Source: an uncultured Acidobacteriota bacterium (lineage in GTDB: Bacteria; Acidobacteriota; Thermoanaerobaculia; Multivoradales; UBA5704). From it: a stretch of 64,000 bases of DNA. How positions within the stretch are numbered: position 1 is the first letter of the stretch; each line of letters starts with the position of its first letter. Shown one piece after another: positions 51,001 to 59,425 of the stretch. A model generated the notes under the pieces. It was not told where the DNA came from, did not search any database, and was given only the letters and a program-made list of their open reading frames with translations. The position numbers and the translations under genes were made by a program. The stretch lies in contig CAVYRF010000002.1 of assembly GCA_963770895.1 (NCBI GenBank), forward strand, positions 672,001 to 736,000. Reading direction: 5' to 3'.

Positions 51001-52309
51001 CGGCGCCCGTGGGGGCAGGGGCGTGGGCGCCACTGATCTCGCAACTATTTTTGCTTACAACCTTACGGCCAATCGCATTATCGATCAATGGTTGACGTTG
51101 AGACGCGCGGCGAGGGCCGCCGGCCGCCATAGAAACCTGGCTCATCTGCGCTGTGCGACGGCCTTCGCGGTGCTCGAGCTCGGCCTGCTCCAGCTTCTTG
51201 CAGCAGGTCTTTTCATCGCCATCGTGGCCTCCCTGCACGCCGTGGACAGCAAGGCTCTCCACCCGGCGTTCCTGATCGGTCTGCGGCGACTGACCGGTCT
51301 GCAACTTGCAACTTTCCAATGCGCTATCACCGGCATGGCCACGCTGGTCGGGCTGAAACGCTACCCTTCCAGCGTCGAAGTCTATACCTTGCTCAGTGTA
51401 CCCATCGGCATCCTGTTCCTGGTCGGTTGCTTTTCGATGCTGAATGGCTCGGGGGCGGCGATCTATCTGCTGCTTGCCAGCCCCTTCATCTTCCTGGCGG
51501 GGCCGATCTGCGCGATCCTGTTTGCGCCAATACACCTATTGATCGTGTACCTGTACACCAGGCTACCTGCTTATCTTCGTCCATTTCGCTGCAGCCAAGC
51601 AGCGCTCTTCCGGATGGCGAAGGCGGAGCTGAACCATGCCCTGGATGCGACCAAAGAGGACGGACGAAGTCTGGTGAAGGCCGCCACGGTGCTGCTCCCA
51701 AGGTTTGGCTTCATCGCCCTCCTCTTCTGTGCCGCAGCCAGCGCGCGCGCCGTCAGCGGACTGCTGGGCCTGCCGTATCACCCCTTGATCAGTGAAGCAG
51801 CCGGCGCATCGATGGCGGCCATCATGGCCGCGACAGCCATGCATTTGATCCGCCGCGGCAGCATCTGGTCGATCGTCAAGGTCATGGCAGACACGCTGAT
51901 CAGGTTTGCGCTTGCCGCGACCGTTTCGATTGGATCGATGTACCTGGCGACCCGCTTCACGCACGCAGTCGGCAAGGCAGTCGCCATCTTTGCAGCATTG
52001 ATCGCTTCGCTCATCGCCGGCCGCAAGCTGTGGGACTGGTTGCTTCTTTCACGTGCTCGCCGGCACAAGCTGACCCCAGGCGAAGACTCGCCACAGGAGT
52101 GGACCGAGCGCTTGAGCGGCGCCGATCCCGAAGCGCAAATGCGCCTGCTCGCCGCCACCACCCCCGAAAGCTTAGGGCTATCGCTCGCAGCCTTCGAGCA
52201 CCTGCTGATTCAGGCCGAGCGCAGGGTACTCGCCGAGCCTGCGCTGAGCTTCTATTGGAAACTTCGCGACCAGATCGAACAAGCGCTCCGCCAGGAGCGG
52301 ATCGGTTGA
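48056..52309 (+). CDS. CHAT (caspase-like) protease - NACHT NTPase - multi-TM fusion protein
   Basis: CHAT motifs LPWELL, LHFLGHG (His) and VFLNAC (Cys). NACHT Walker A GDPGSGKT, Walker B LLFDGIDE, sensor TCR, NPFAL, FEHQRYREY. Several C-terminal TM helices. Confidence 0.88.
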   Translation: MDCEDLVLHLGVHPLGGYDVRVMESPAGRARARCIQPLTVNGQAAFAGAGRNIGLTPLGSGPGGPRLSPQAIGDQLFRTLFAGDVKAAFDKSLHLVAQRDRMLRLQLRIELPALADLLNLPWELLYNAELEEFLCLNRQTPFVRALNVPRSELPAVLPAALRVLAVAATIDAPSYPSLGIADELARLADAARRAGIHFEVVEDVRRASLAAALDKGRFHVLHFLGHGWFNSASGRGGLCFKAPDGTAELVDGADLAIELKGLRDLQLVFLNACNTGRIASDGAHHSPFAGAATALVLGGLPAVIAMRERIADVPAIDVSVSFYQSLLAGLPIEEAVRQGRLTLQRQRPRELAEWAIPMLFLAGRSVPMGASDEPAGAVGSGWVRGLLDRTLPRCHQLLTRRGWLREPAPDIRRYLAQQRAELQSALQGKTYLPGQARTVPTGIADRDNDAAGPVHRSIAVSIRQLSRRSGEADAVATATAQVTARTRRVRNLIQALLQAREPLVLLGDPGSGKTMALQAAMLDLIDRQARRLFPDVPIYVRLGEFHVDGPVDADRVRQLIRQAASPLVRPFLGELERDRRLILLFDGIDEMSRDRYGEHVRALNQFAGENRDSIRMLFTCRIDDFSAAFTHRRLVVLPFGPAEIAQYLRSHVNASSLLIDGRSWTAGELARYFTENEIAVDTSNPFALSLLCDHLSFEKAWPGSRMDLIESFQNRNYQRKSREAQQQWRDLPPAATCFSAWARFAYLITERSRGDAIPVQELLEQLAGDTLQTIAAGLWCGTLAPVGGGQADQVRFEHQRYREYFCALWIHQAAAQISWREKLASPPWQEAMLNLALMGGGGGGVESLAILIVDDLHSLAKIATNNGRQPASDSPAPDGAAPPPSFAEAGVPYEQEAALAELVDLAARLLQAAPTAPAVHESLRPALEETLSALVDRGRPVTQLRMMRAFRHLDDMELGQVLDQLTASPVRMVSEMALIMVNGARGGRGVGATDLATIFAYNLTANRIIDQWLTLRRAARAAGRHRNLAHLRCATAFAVLELGLLQLLAAGLFIAIVASLHAVDSKALHPAFLIGLRRLTGLQLATFQCAITGMATLVGLKRYPSSVEVYTLLSVPIGILFLVGCFSMLNGSGAAIYLLLASPFIFLAGPICAILFAPIHLLIVYLYTRLPAYLRPFRCSQAALFRMAKAELNHALDATKEDGRSLVKAATVLLPRFGFIALLFCAAASARAVSGLLGLPYHPLISEAAGASMAAIMAATAMHLIRRGSIWSIVKVMADTLIRFALAATVSIGSMYLATRFTHAVGKAVAIFAALIASLIAGRKLWDWLLLSRARRHKLTPGEDSPQEWTERLSGADPEAQMRLLAATTPESLGLSLAAFEHLLIQAERRVLAEPALSFYWKLRDQIEQALRQERIG

Positions 52310-52563
52310 CCTTTCTCTGGAGGTGATCATGTGGAAAAGCCTTGTCGTGGGTTTCGTGTCCATGCCCCTATCCGGTCTGGCCTTGGTGATCGGTTGGGCT
52401 TCAGGTGGCTTCAAGACGGGGGGGGTGGCAGGGGCCTGCGTCCTGGCGCTGGGCTGGGCTGCCGCCGCCGTCTTGCTTTTCACCATCCGTCATCTGTCGT
52501 TGGTAGACGTCTTTCTACCCATACCGGCGGCGGTTGTCTGGTCGCTTCTGCTGACCGCGGTTA

Positions 52564-53855
52564 GTGACTGGCACGAAATAACTGCTTGATATCTACCCTC
52601 GCGTCAGGTACACTTGATGGGTGGACATCGAGTCCCTGCGCGCGAAATACGAAAGCCTTGCTCCAGCACTGACAGAACGATCACGGCGACTCTGGGCGGC
52701 CACCGAGGCGCGGGCGTTGGGGCACGGCGGGATTGCCTTGGTGGAGCGCGCGACCGGCATCTCTCGATCCACGATCGCACGTGGCATCCAAGAGACGAAA
52801 GCCGGCGCCAGGTTCGGGCCGGAGCGCACGCGTAGGCCGGGGGGCGGCCGCAAGAAGACGATCGATAAGGACGCGACGCTGCTGACCGACTTGGAAGCCT
52901 TGGTCGAACCGACGGCTGCCGGTGATCCTCAGTCGCCCCTGCGTTGGACGTCAAAGAGCGTGCGTCGCTTGGCGGCGGAGCTTCAAGTGTTGGGGCACAT
53001 TGCAAGCCACCGTCTGGTCGCCGAGCTCCTGCAGGCGAGCGGCTACAGTTTGCAGGCTAACCGGAAGACCCGCGAGGGATCTCAGCATCCTGATCGCGAC
53101 GCGCAGTTTCGCTACATCAACGAGCAGGTGCGTCGCTACCACAAACGGGAGCAGCCGGCCATTTCGGTGGACACGAAGAAGAAGGAATTGATCGGAGACT
53201 TCAAGAATGCCGGCCGGGAGTGGCGGCCGAAAGGCGAGGCCGAGCCCGTGCGGGTGCACGACTTCGTGATCCCCGAGCAGGGCAAGGCGATTCCCTACGG
53301 CGTCTACGACCTGCACCGCAACGAGGGCTGGGTCAGTGTCGGGATCGATCACGACACGGCGAGCTTCGCGGTGCACGCGATCCGGCGATGGTGGCAACTG
53401 ATGGGCCGAGCGGTTTACGGTAGCGCCACATCGCTGCTCATCACGGCGGATAGCGGCGGGAGCAACGGAGCCCGCGTCCGCCTGTGGAAGTGGGAGCTAC
53501 GAGAGCTCGCCGAACGCACTGGCCTCTCGATCACCGTCTGCCACCTCCCTCCCGGGACCAGCAAGTGGAACAAGATCGAGCACCGCTTGTTCTCCTACAT
53601 CGCGATGAACTGGCGCGCCAAACCGCTGGTGAGCCTGGCCGCCATCGTCAGCCTGATTGGCTCGACCACCACGACGGCTGGGCTGAGGGTCAGGTCCGAG
53701 ATCGACAAGGGTAGCTATCCGCAAGGCCTCGCCATCACGGACCAACAGATGGATCAGATCAATCTCAAGCGTCACACCTTCCACGGGGACTGGAACTACA
53801 CAATTTACCCAGGCAAACCTCAGAGCAAGTAAAGCAGTTATTTCGTGCCACGCCC
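52564..53855 (+). mobile_element. ISAzo13-family insertion sequence, 1292 bp, 3-bp TTA target duplication
   Basis: Left IR GTGACTGGCACGAAATAACTGCTT and right IR AAGCAGTTATTTCGTGCCACGCCC share a 19-bp perfect core. TTA at 52561-52563 and 53856-53858. Confidence 0.92.
52621..53832 (+). CDS. ISAzo13-family DDE transposase
   Basis: RRPGGGRK, GDPQSPLRWTSKS, GYSLQAN.K, ISVDTKKKE, PYGVYD, DHDT, ITADSGGSN, PGTSKWNKIEHRLFS, FHGDWNY. Confidence 0.95.
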   Translation: MDIESLRAKYESLAPALTERSRRLWAATEARALGHGGIALVERATGISRSTIARGIQETKAGARFGPERTRRPGGGRKKTIDKDATLLTDLEALVEPTAAGDPQSPLRWTSKSVRRLAAELQVLGHIASHRLVAELLQASGYSLQANRKTREGSQHPDRDAQFRYINEQVRRYHKREQPAISVDTKKKELIGDFKNAGREWRPKGEAEPVRVHDFVIPEQGKAIPYGVYDLHRNEGWVSVGIDHDTASFAVHAIRRWWQLMGRAVYGSATSLLITADSGGSNGARVRLWKWELRELAERTGLSITVCHLPPGTSKWNKIEHRLFSYIAMNWRAKPLVSLAAIVSLIGSTTTTAGLRVRSEIDKGSYPQGLAITDQQMDQINLKRHTFHGDWNYTIYPGKPQSK

Positions 53856-54584
53856 TTAGCGTGGGTGGGAATGCTTTTACCGCACCCGCATGCATCGGCT
53901 CGGCCATCCTACTCTCCATCAACCTGTGGATGGTGCGCCAGGGGAAGTTTGCCAAAAGCTGGGCGATCATCCCCATCACCGTCTTCATCTACGAGATGCT
54001 GCCGGTCAACATCCCGGGGCCGTTCGACGACTACTTCTCATTTGGCGGCGATGCCGCCGTCCTGCTGCTGCAGGGCGCGATGTACACGTTCCGCAAAGAG
54101 TCGGCGCCGCTCGACGCCGCTGAACCGACCCGCAGGCTCTATCCGTAGGACCCGGCGATCGGCGCTGCTGTGCCTGCCTGCCGGCCGGCAGGTGCGGCAG
54201 CGGGCCGGCGCCCGGTAGACGGCAGGCGACTCGCGGGGCGCCGTGGCATGCGCGAAGCGGGGGTGTCTTCGCCTACGCGCCCCGGTGCGGGGCGAGGCGC
54301 TGCCATCGGAACTTGCGGCCGCCCGCGAGGACACGACCTGCAGCCACTCAGCCTTGCGCAGGCTCTGCGTATCGGATAAGAATGAGCGCGTATTGTCGTT
54401 TCCACAAAGAGACGGCCAGCAGTGCCGGCCACCCGGCCATCGCACCGGGCGTTTCGCGGCGGCCAGGCCGGCGGGCGCCAACCGGCGGCGAGCGCCGCTC
54501 CCAAACCGGATCTTGCCATGGCGCTCCGCGGCGCACCGGATATCGAGATCGCCGGGCGAGAACAACGGCAACAAGGAGCTGTGA

Positions 54585-54917
54585 TTGAGTCTCTCAACTC
54601 GTGGGCACAAGGGGTCTGGCGCGGAATCCGGCGAAGGAGGCGCTGTAGCAAGTATATATAGGACCTTTGTCGAGTTAGCGGCCGAAGTCGCTGTTCTTCT
54701 GCTCGTTGTCGGCATCATCGCGGTGCTCAATTTTCTACTGCGCCTGACGATCGGCAACGCCAGCAGCCGTTGGACATGGATACCGATCGAGATCCTGGAT
54801 GCAGTGACCTTGTTGGCCGGCTGTACTCTCGCAGTGGACCTGGTGGGTCGCAGTTTGTGGAAAGTGTACAAGGAGCTGTCGCGAGAAGACGCCCATAAGG
54901 CACCCTCCGATGACTAA
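54585..54917 (+). CDS. Small two-TM hypothetical membrane protein
   Basis: Two hydrophobic helices; its stop overlaps the next ATG. Start uncertain. Confidence 0.55.
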   Translation: MSLSTRGHKGSGAESGEGGAVASIYRTFVELAAEVAVLLLVVGIIAVLNFLLRLTIGNASSRWTWIPIEILDAVTLLAGCTLAVDLVGRSLWKVYKELSREDAHKAPSDD

Positions 54918-55329
54918 GGATCAGGAGAAGCCAGAAGCCCGACCAGGGAAGCTCGGCGGGCTCCTGCGGTCTGACCCGGAACTGTCCTTCGTCGTCGGCG
55001 TCCTGAAGAAAATGGCAGGATTCCTCGTCATCGCCCTGTCCGCCGTCGGAATTGAGAAAATTGTCGACGTCCTCACAGCGCATCACGCCTCGAAGCTGGT
55101 CATCTTGCTCCTAAACCTTCTGGCAGGCGCAATCGTGATCGTCGATGCCGTCTGGTTCACCATCTACCTGATCGTCGAAGCGGTCGAATCGATCGCAACC
55201 TTGCTCAAGGGCAAGGCTTCAAAAGTAGCAATAGCCGCGACACTGATCATCCTGGGAGCCATCGCCAGCCCCTACCTGAAGACCTGGCTTGCAGCCTTGA
55301 TCCAGACCATCGCCAGCCAGAATCGCTGA
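54910..55329 (+). CDS. Small three-TM hypothetical membrane protein
   Basis: Three hydrophobic helices; translationally coupled (ATGACTAA) to the upstream ORF. Confidence 0.65.
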   Translation: MTKDQEKPEARPGKLGGLLRSDPELSFVVGVLKKMAGFLVIALSAVGIEKIVDVLTAHHASKLVILLLNLLAGAIVIVDAVWFTIYLIVEAVESIATLLKGKASKVAIAATLIILGAIASPYLKTWLAALIQTIASQNR

Positions 55330-55599
55330 CCGGACCGGCCGCGACGGCCGACCCGCGGTTCAGGAATCTGCCGCCCAGGTTGGACTAGGATGCGCCGGGT
55401 CGATCCGCTCCTTCCAGGACTGCCCCCAATCAGGGACAGGCGGCGCAGCCGCGGCGGCGGGCGGCCCGCATCGTGGACCTGCGGCAGGGGCTGGGAACAC
55501 CGGAAGCATGGATGCTGTCCTCGTACGGTGCGGCGCTGCCGCCCGGTCGCCAAGTCGGCCCGCCTTGTCAACGGTGCGGGCGGCGGTTAAGCTACCGGG

Positions 55600-56385
55600 A
55601 TGCATCGCTGCACACGGATTTCCCGCTTCCTTCGGCCTGCCGGCCGTCCCGTCGTCGTGCTTTGCCTGCTGCTGACGGTGGCGCTCGCGGCGCTCACCGC
55701 CGCCGGGGCCGCGGCCGATACGCTGCTCACGGTCAAGGGGCATACGGACGGGGTGAAGATCGGCACGCGGGCGCAGGAGCCGCGCGATTCCGAAGTGAAA
55801 ATCTGGATTGCCAGCGACAAGATGCGGCGCGACGAAGGGACGCTGTCGGCGATCGTGCGCCTGGACCGCAAGAGGCTCTACTTGATCAACCACACCGACC
55901 GCACCTACACGATGGTGGACCTGCCGGTCGATTGGACCAAGCTGGTGCCGCCCCGTGACCAGGACAGCTTCAACCGCTTCTTGACCGACAACGCGATGAA
56001 GGCGGCGGTCACGCCCTCCACGGAAGCCAAAAAGATCCGCGGTTGGGACACCCATCGCGTCGATGTGGAGCTGACCAACTCCCACGGCCTGAAGGTCTCG
56101 ACGCAGATGTGGGTGACCAAGGACCTGGCGTTCTACACCGCCTACAATCAGATGTCCGCCAACCTGGCCTCGCTGCAGCCCAACGCCGCCGAATGGGCGC
56201 AGAAGATGAGCCAGCTGGGCGGCTTCCCGGTGTTCCAGGAAACCACGGTCAACGTCGGCGGCAGCAGCTTCAAATCGCGGGAAGAGCTGGTGGCGGCCGA
56301 CACCAAGGACGCACCCGCCGGCACCTACGACATCCCGGCGGGATTCACCGCCACCCCGTTCGACCCCTACAACGCGCCGCACTGA
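55600..56385 (+). CDS. DUF4412-like exported protein
   Basis: Signal peptide, KIWIASDKMRRD, LYLINH..RTY, EAKKIRGW, MWVTKD, GFPV, YDIPAGF. Confidence 0.7.
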   Translation: MHRCTRISRFLRPAGRPVVVLCLLLTVALAALTAAGAAADTLLTVKGHTDGVKIGTRAQEPRDSEVKIWIASDKMRRDEGTLSAIVRLDRKRLYLINHTDRTYTMVDLPVDWTKLVPPRDQDSFNRFLTDNAMKAAVTPSTEAKKIRGWDTHRVDVELTNSHGLKVSTQMWVTKDLAFYTAYNQMSANLASLQPNAAEWAQKMSQLGGFPVFQETTVNVGGSSFKSREELVAADTKDAPAGTYDIPAGFTATPFDPYNAPH

Positions 56386-56481
56386 CGCACCGCCGCCCCC
56401 TGACCGGCAAGGCCGCCGCCGGCGAGCGCGAGCGCTCGGCGGTTGACCTGGAGCGCAAAACCAGCTATCACTAGTCGCGTG

Positions 56482-56772
56482 ATGCTGGCCGGATTCTCGC
56501 AGCGCGCCACACGCCTGGCAGGGGCGGCGGTCACCATTGCCGCGCTTCTGTTAGTGCTCTTCACGTGCGCCATGCATCACCACGGCGCCAGCGAGCAGCA
56601 CTCGGATTGCCCGCTCTGCCAGTGGATCACCGACACTGGCGCCAGCCGGCTCACCAGCCCGCCCAGCTTGTCTTTGCCGGCGCCTGCCGGCGGGGTCGTG
56701 CCACAGGCTGCCGCTGCGGTCTGCGACCTCTCGCCCGCAACGATCGGCGCCCGCGCTCCTCCCTCCGCCTGA
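56482..56772 (+). CDS. DUF2946-like leader protein (TM, His cluster, CxxC, C-terminal RAPP)
   Basis: Hydrophobic segment, then MHHH...HSDCPLCQ, a Pro-rich linker and IGARAPPSA-stop. A TTGACC...TATCAC promoter-like sequence lies just upstream. Confidence 0.75.
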   Translation: MLAGFSQRATRLAGAAVTIAALLLVLFTCAMHHHGASEQHSDCPLCQWITDTGASRLTSPPSLSLPAPAGGVVPQAAAAVCDLSPATIGARAPPSA

Positions 56773-56911
56773 ACCGACTCCAGGCCTGAGCCCTTTTCCA
56801 TCCCGCTCCCCCGAAGCATCGCCGGGGCGGGTGCGATAGCGGCTTACCCACCCAACGGCAGGAAGGTTCGCCGTGCGGCCGACCAGCGCAGGGTACGAGG
56901 AGACATTCATC

Positions 56912-57898
56912 GTGGCATCCGATCGAGCGGCGGTCGTCGACGACCCGCCGTTCCGCAACCCACCGCCGCCGGTTCGCATCGCGCGGCGCGTCCTGGCGGC
57001 AGCCGCCGCGCCAGTCGTGGCGGCGCTGCTGGCTCCGGCACTGTACGCGGTGCCCGCGCCGTCCGCGTCCGCCGCGGTCAGGCAGGCTCCGCTGCCTGTC
57101 GCGGCCAGCATCGCGCCCGCGGCCTACCTCGTGGACCGCCTCGCCGGCCCCCTTGCGACCACCACCGTCATGGTGCCGACGGGGGCCGAGGAGGAAACCT
57201 GGTCACCCACCCCGCGCCAGCTCGCCGCGCTGCTCGCGGCGCGCGTGTACGTCGCCGTCGGTCACCCCGCCTTCGTTTTTGAGAGCCGCGACCTGCTGCC
57301 GCTGCTCCGCATCCACCCCGAGATCCGCCTGATTTCCATGGCGCAGGGCGTCGATCCGTTGCCGATGGGACCGCCGCCGCACGGCGGCACTGCATCGAGC
57401 GATCCGCACATCTGGCTGGCGCCGGCGCCGATGGCCGCCGCCGCGCGCTCCGTTGCCGCCGCCTTGGTTGCCGTCGATCCGGCGCACAGCGCGATCTACG
57501 CCGCCAACCTCCGGCGCCTCGAACAGGACCTGCTGGTCCTGGACACGGCCTTCCGCCGGGTCGCCGCCGGCCCGCAACGCGTGCGCTTCGTCTCCTATCA
57601 CCCTGCCTGGGGTCACCTGGCCCACCAGTACGGCTTCGAACAGCTGGCCGTCGAGGCCGACGGCAAAGATCCGGGGACCGCCAGCCTGGTGGCGCTGGTG
57701 GCGGCGGCACGCTCCCACGACGTCCATCTCGTGCTGGTGCCTGCCGGCCTGCCGGCGCGTCTGACCGACTCGCTCGCGGCGGCGATCCGCGGCCAGGTGG
57801 TGACGGTCGACTACATGGCGCGCGACTGGCTATCCATGATGCAACGCCTGGCCGTCTTGTTCGCCGAGGTGGCGGCCCATGGACAAACCCATGGATGA
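56912..57898 (+). CDS. Metal ABC transporter substrate-binding protein (ZnuA/TroA cluster A-I)
   Basis: GAGGAG RBS before GTG 56912; VAASIAP, SPTPRQ, DPHIWL, DPAH...YAAN, SYHPAWG, YGFEQ. Confidence 0.85.
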   Translation: MASDRAAVVDDPPFRNPPPPVRIARRVLAAAAAPVVAALLAPALYAVPAPSASAAVRQAPLPVAASIAPAAYLVDRLAGPLATTTVMVPTGAEEETWSPTPRQLAALLAARVYVAVGHPAFVFESRDLLPLLRIHPEIRLISMAQGVDPLPMGPPPHGGTASSDPHIWLAPAPMAAAARSVAAALVAVDPAHSAIYAANLRRLEQDLLVLDTAFRRVAAGPQRVRFVSYHPAWGHLAHQYGFEQLAVEADGKDPGTASLVALVAAARSHDVHLVLVPAGLPARLTDSLAAAIRGQVVTVDYMARDWLSMMQRLAVLFAEVAAHGQTHG

Positions 57899-58577
57899 AC
57901 CCTGGCCTCTCCTCGAGGTGCGCGGCGTGACCTTCGGCTATGGGCGCGAGGTGGTGCTCGAAGACGTCGACCTGACGGTTGGCGGGCGCGACTTCCTGGT
58001 CCTCGCGGGTCCCAATGGCGGCGGCAAGACGACGCTGCTCAAGCTCATGCTCGGCCTGCTCAGCCCCTGGCGCGGCGAAGTGAGACGCCATCTCCGGCGC
58101 CGCCGCGGCGGCATCGGCTACGTGCCGCAATTCTCCACCTTCGACCGCAACTTCCCATTGCGCGTTGAAAGCCTGGTGCTGATGGGACGGCTTGCGCACG
58201 GCGGCCTGCTGCGCGCCTACAGTCGCGACGACCGCCGCGAGGCGGCGCGGGCGCTCCATCGCCTGCGCTTGACCCACCTTGCCAAGCTGCCGATCGCCGA
58301 CCTTTCGGGCGGCGAGGCACAGCGCGTGCTGATCGCCCGCGCGCTGGCCGGCGATCCCGAGATCCTGATGCTCGACGAGCCCACCGCGTCGGTGGATCCC
58401 AACGCGCGTGACGTGCTGGCCGCGGTGCTCGTCGAGCTCAACCGCCGCATCCCGGTGGTGGTCGTGACGCACGACCTCGCCTCGTTCTGCGGCCAGGCGA
58501 CGCGGATCGCCCACATCCATCGCACGCTGACGCTGCGAACCTGGCCTGCCGCGGCCACGCATGGGGTCCCGCAATGA
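57879..58577 (+). CDS. Metal ABC transporter ATP-binding protein (ZnuC-like)
   Basis: GPNGGGKT, IGYVPQ, FPLRV, LSGGEAQRVLIARAL, LDEPT, VTHD. Confidence 0.92.
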   Translation: MDKPMDEPWPLLEVRGVTFGYGREVVLEDVDLTVGGRDFLVLAGPNGGGKTTLLKLMLGLLSPWRGEVRRHLRRRRGGIGYVPQFSTFDRNFPLRVESLVLMGRLAHGGLLRAYSRDDRREAARALHRLRLTHLAKLPIADLSGGEAQRVLIARALAGDPEILMLDEPTASVDPNARDVLAAVLVELNRRIPVVVVTHDLASFCGQATRIAHIHRTLTLRTWPAAATHGVPQ

Positions 58578-59425
58578 GCGCCTGGCGTGCCGCGCTCGAC
58601 CTTGGCCTGGTGCGCAACGCCGTCTGCGCCGGGCTGGTCGCCAGCGTGTTGTGCGGCGTGGTCGGCGTCTTCGTGGTCGCCAAGCGCCTGACCTTTATCG
58701 GCGACGGCATCAGCCACGCCGCATTCGCCGGCCTCGGCCTCTGCTTTTTGCTGGGCGCCGATCCTCGTCTGGGAGCCCTGGCCACCGCCGTGCTGTTCGC
58801 GCTCATTCTGGGGTTCGCCGGCACCTCCGCTGCGCGCCGCCACGACGCTCTCATCGGCGTCCTGTACGCCGTCGGCATGTCGCTTGGCATCGTTTTCGTG
58901 CATCAGGCGCCGGGGTATGCCCCCAACCTGATGACCTACCTGTTTGGCAACCTGCTGCTCACCACGCCGGCGGACGTGCACCTCACCCTGGCACTCACCG
59001 TGGCCGTCCTTGTGGCGCTCGCCCTGCTGCGCAAGCCGCTGGTCGCCGTCGCCTTCGACGAGGAGCTCGCCTTCGTGCAGGGGGTGCCGGTAAAGACAAT
59101 GGTGATCGTTCTCCTGCTGCTCGTTGCCGTCACCGTGGTGCTGATCATCCAGGTCGTCGGCGTGATCCTGGTCCTCGCGCTGCTGACCCTGCCGCCGCTC
59201 ACCGCCATGGCCCTGGCCCGCGACCTGCGGCCGGTGATTGCGCTCTCCGTGACGGCGGCGCTGGCCAGCACCACGGGCGGCCTCGCCCTCTCCTACCGCT
59301 GGGACCTGCCCTCAGGACCGGCCATCGTGCTGCTTGGCGCAGCGCTTCTCGCGACGGCGCACCTTGCCGCGCTGCTAGGTCGCGGTGACCGGCGGCGCCG
59401 CCTTTCCGGGAGACCTCGGAGATGA
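58574..59425 (+). CDS. Metal ABC transporter permease (ZnuB/ABC-3)
   Basis: GVFVV.KRL.FIGDGISHAAF.G, YLFGNLL, FDEELA...G, VVGVILV.ALL, DLPSGPAIV. ATGA coupling. Confidence 0.92.
   Translation: MSAWRAALDLGLVRNAVCAGLVASVLCGVVGVFVVAKRLTFIGDGISHAAFAGLGLCFLLGADPRLGALATAVLFALILGFAGTSAARRHDALIGVLYAVGMSLGIVFVHQAPGYAPNLMTYLFGNLLLTTPADVHLTLALTVAVLVALALLRKPLVAVAFDEELAFVQGVPVKTMVIVLLLLVAVTVVLIIQVVGVILVLALLTLPPLTAMALARDLRPVIALSVTAALASTTGGLALSYRWDLPSGPAIVLLGAALLATAHLAALLGRGDRRRRLSGRPRR

Larger units (their letters stand above)
52329..54148 (+). pseudogene. Membrane protein gene (174 aa when rejoined; YkvA/DUF1232-like C-terminal motif) split by the IS
   Basis: GGAGG RBS. Joining 52329-52563 to 53859-54148 gives 525 nt in frame (...LLTAV-SVGGNAFTAP...YEMLPVNIPGPFDD...). 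Confidence 0.8.

Noticed and set aside
52323-52589. 88-aa and 95-aa (53861-54148) ORFs as independent genes
   Set aside because: They are the two halves of one IS-interrupted gene.
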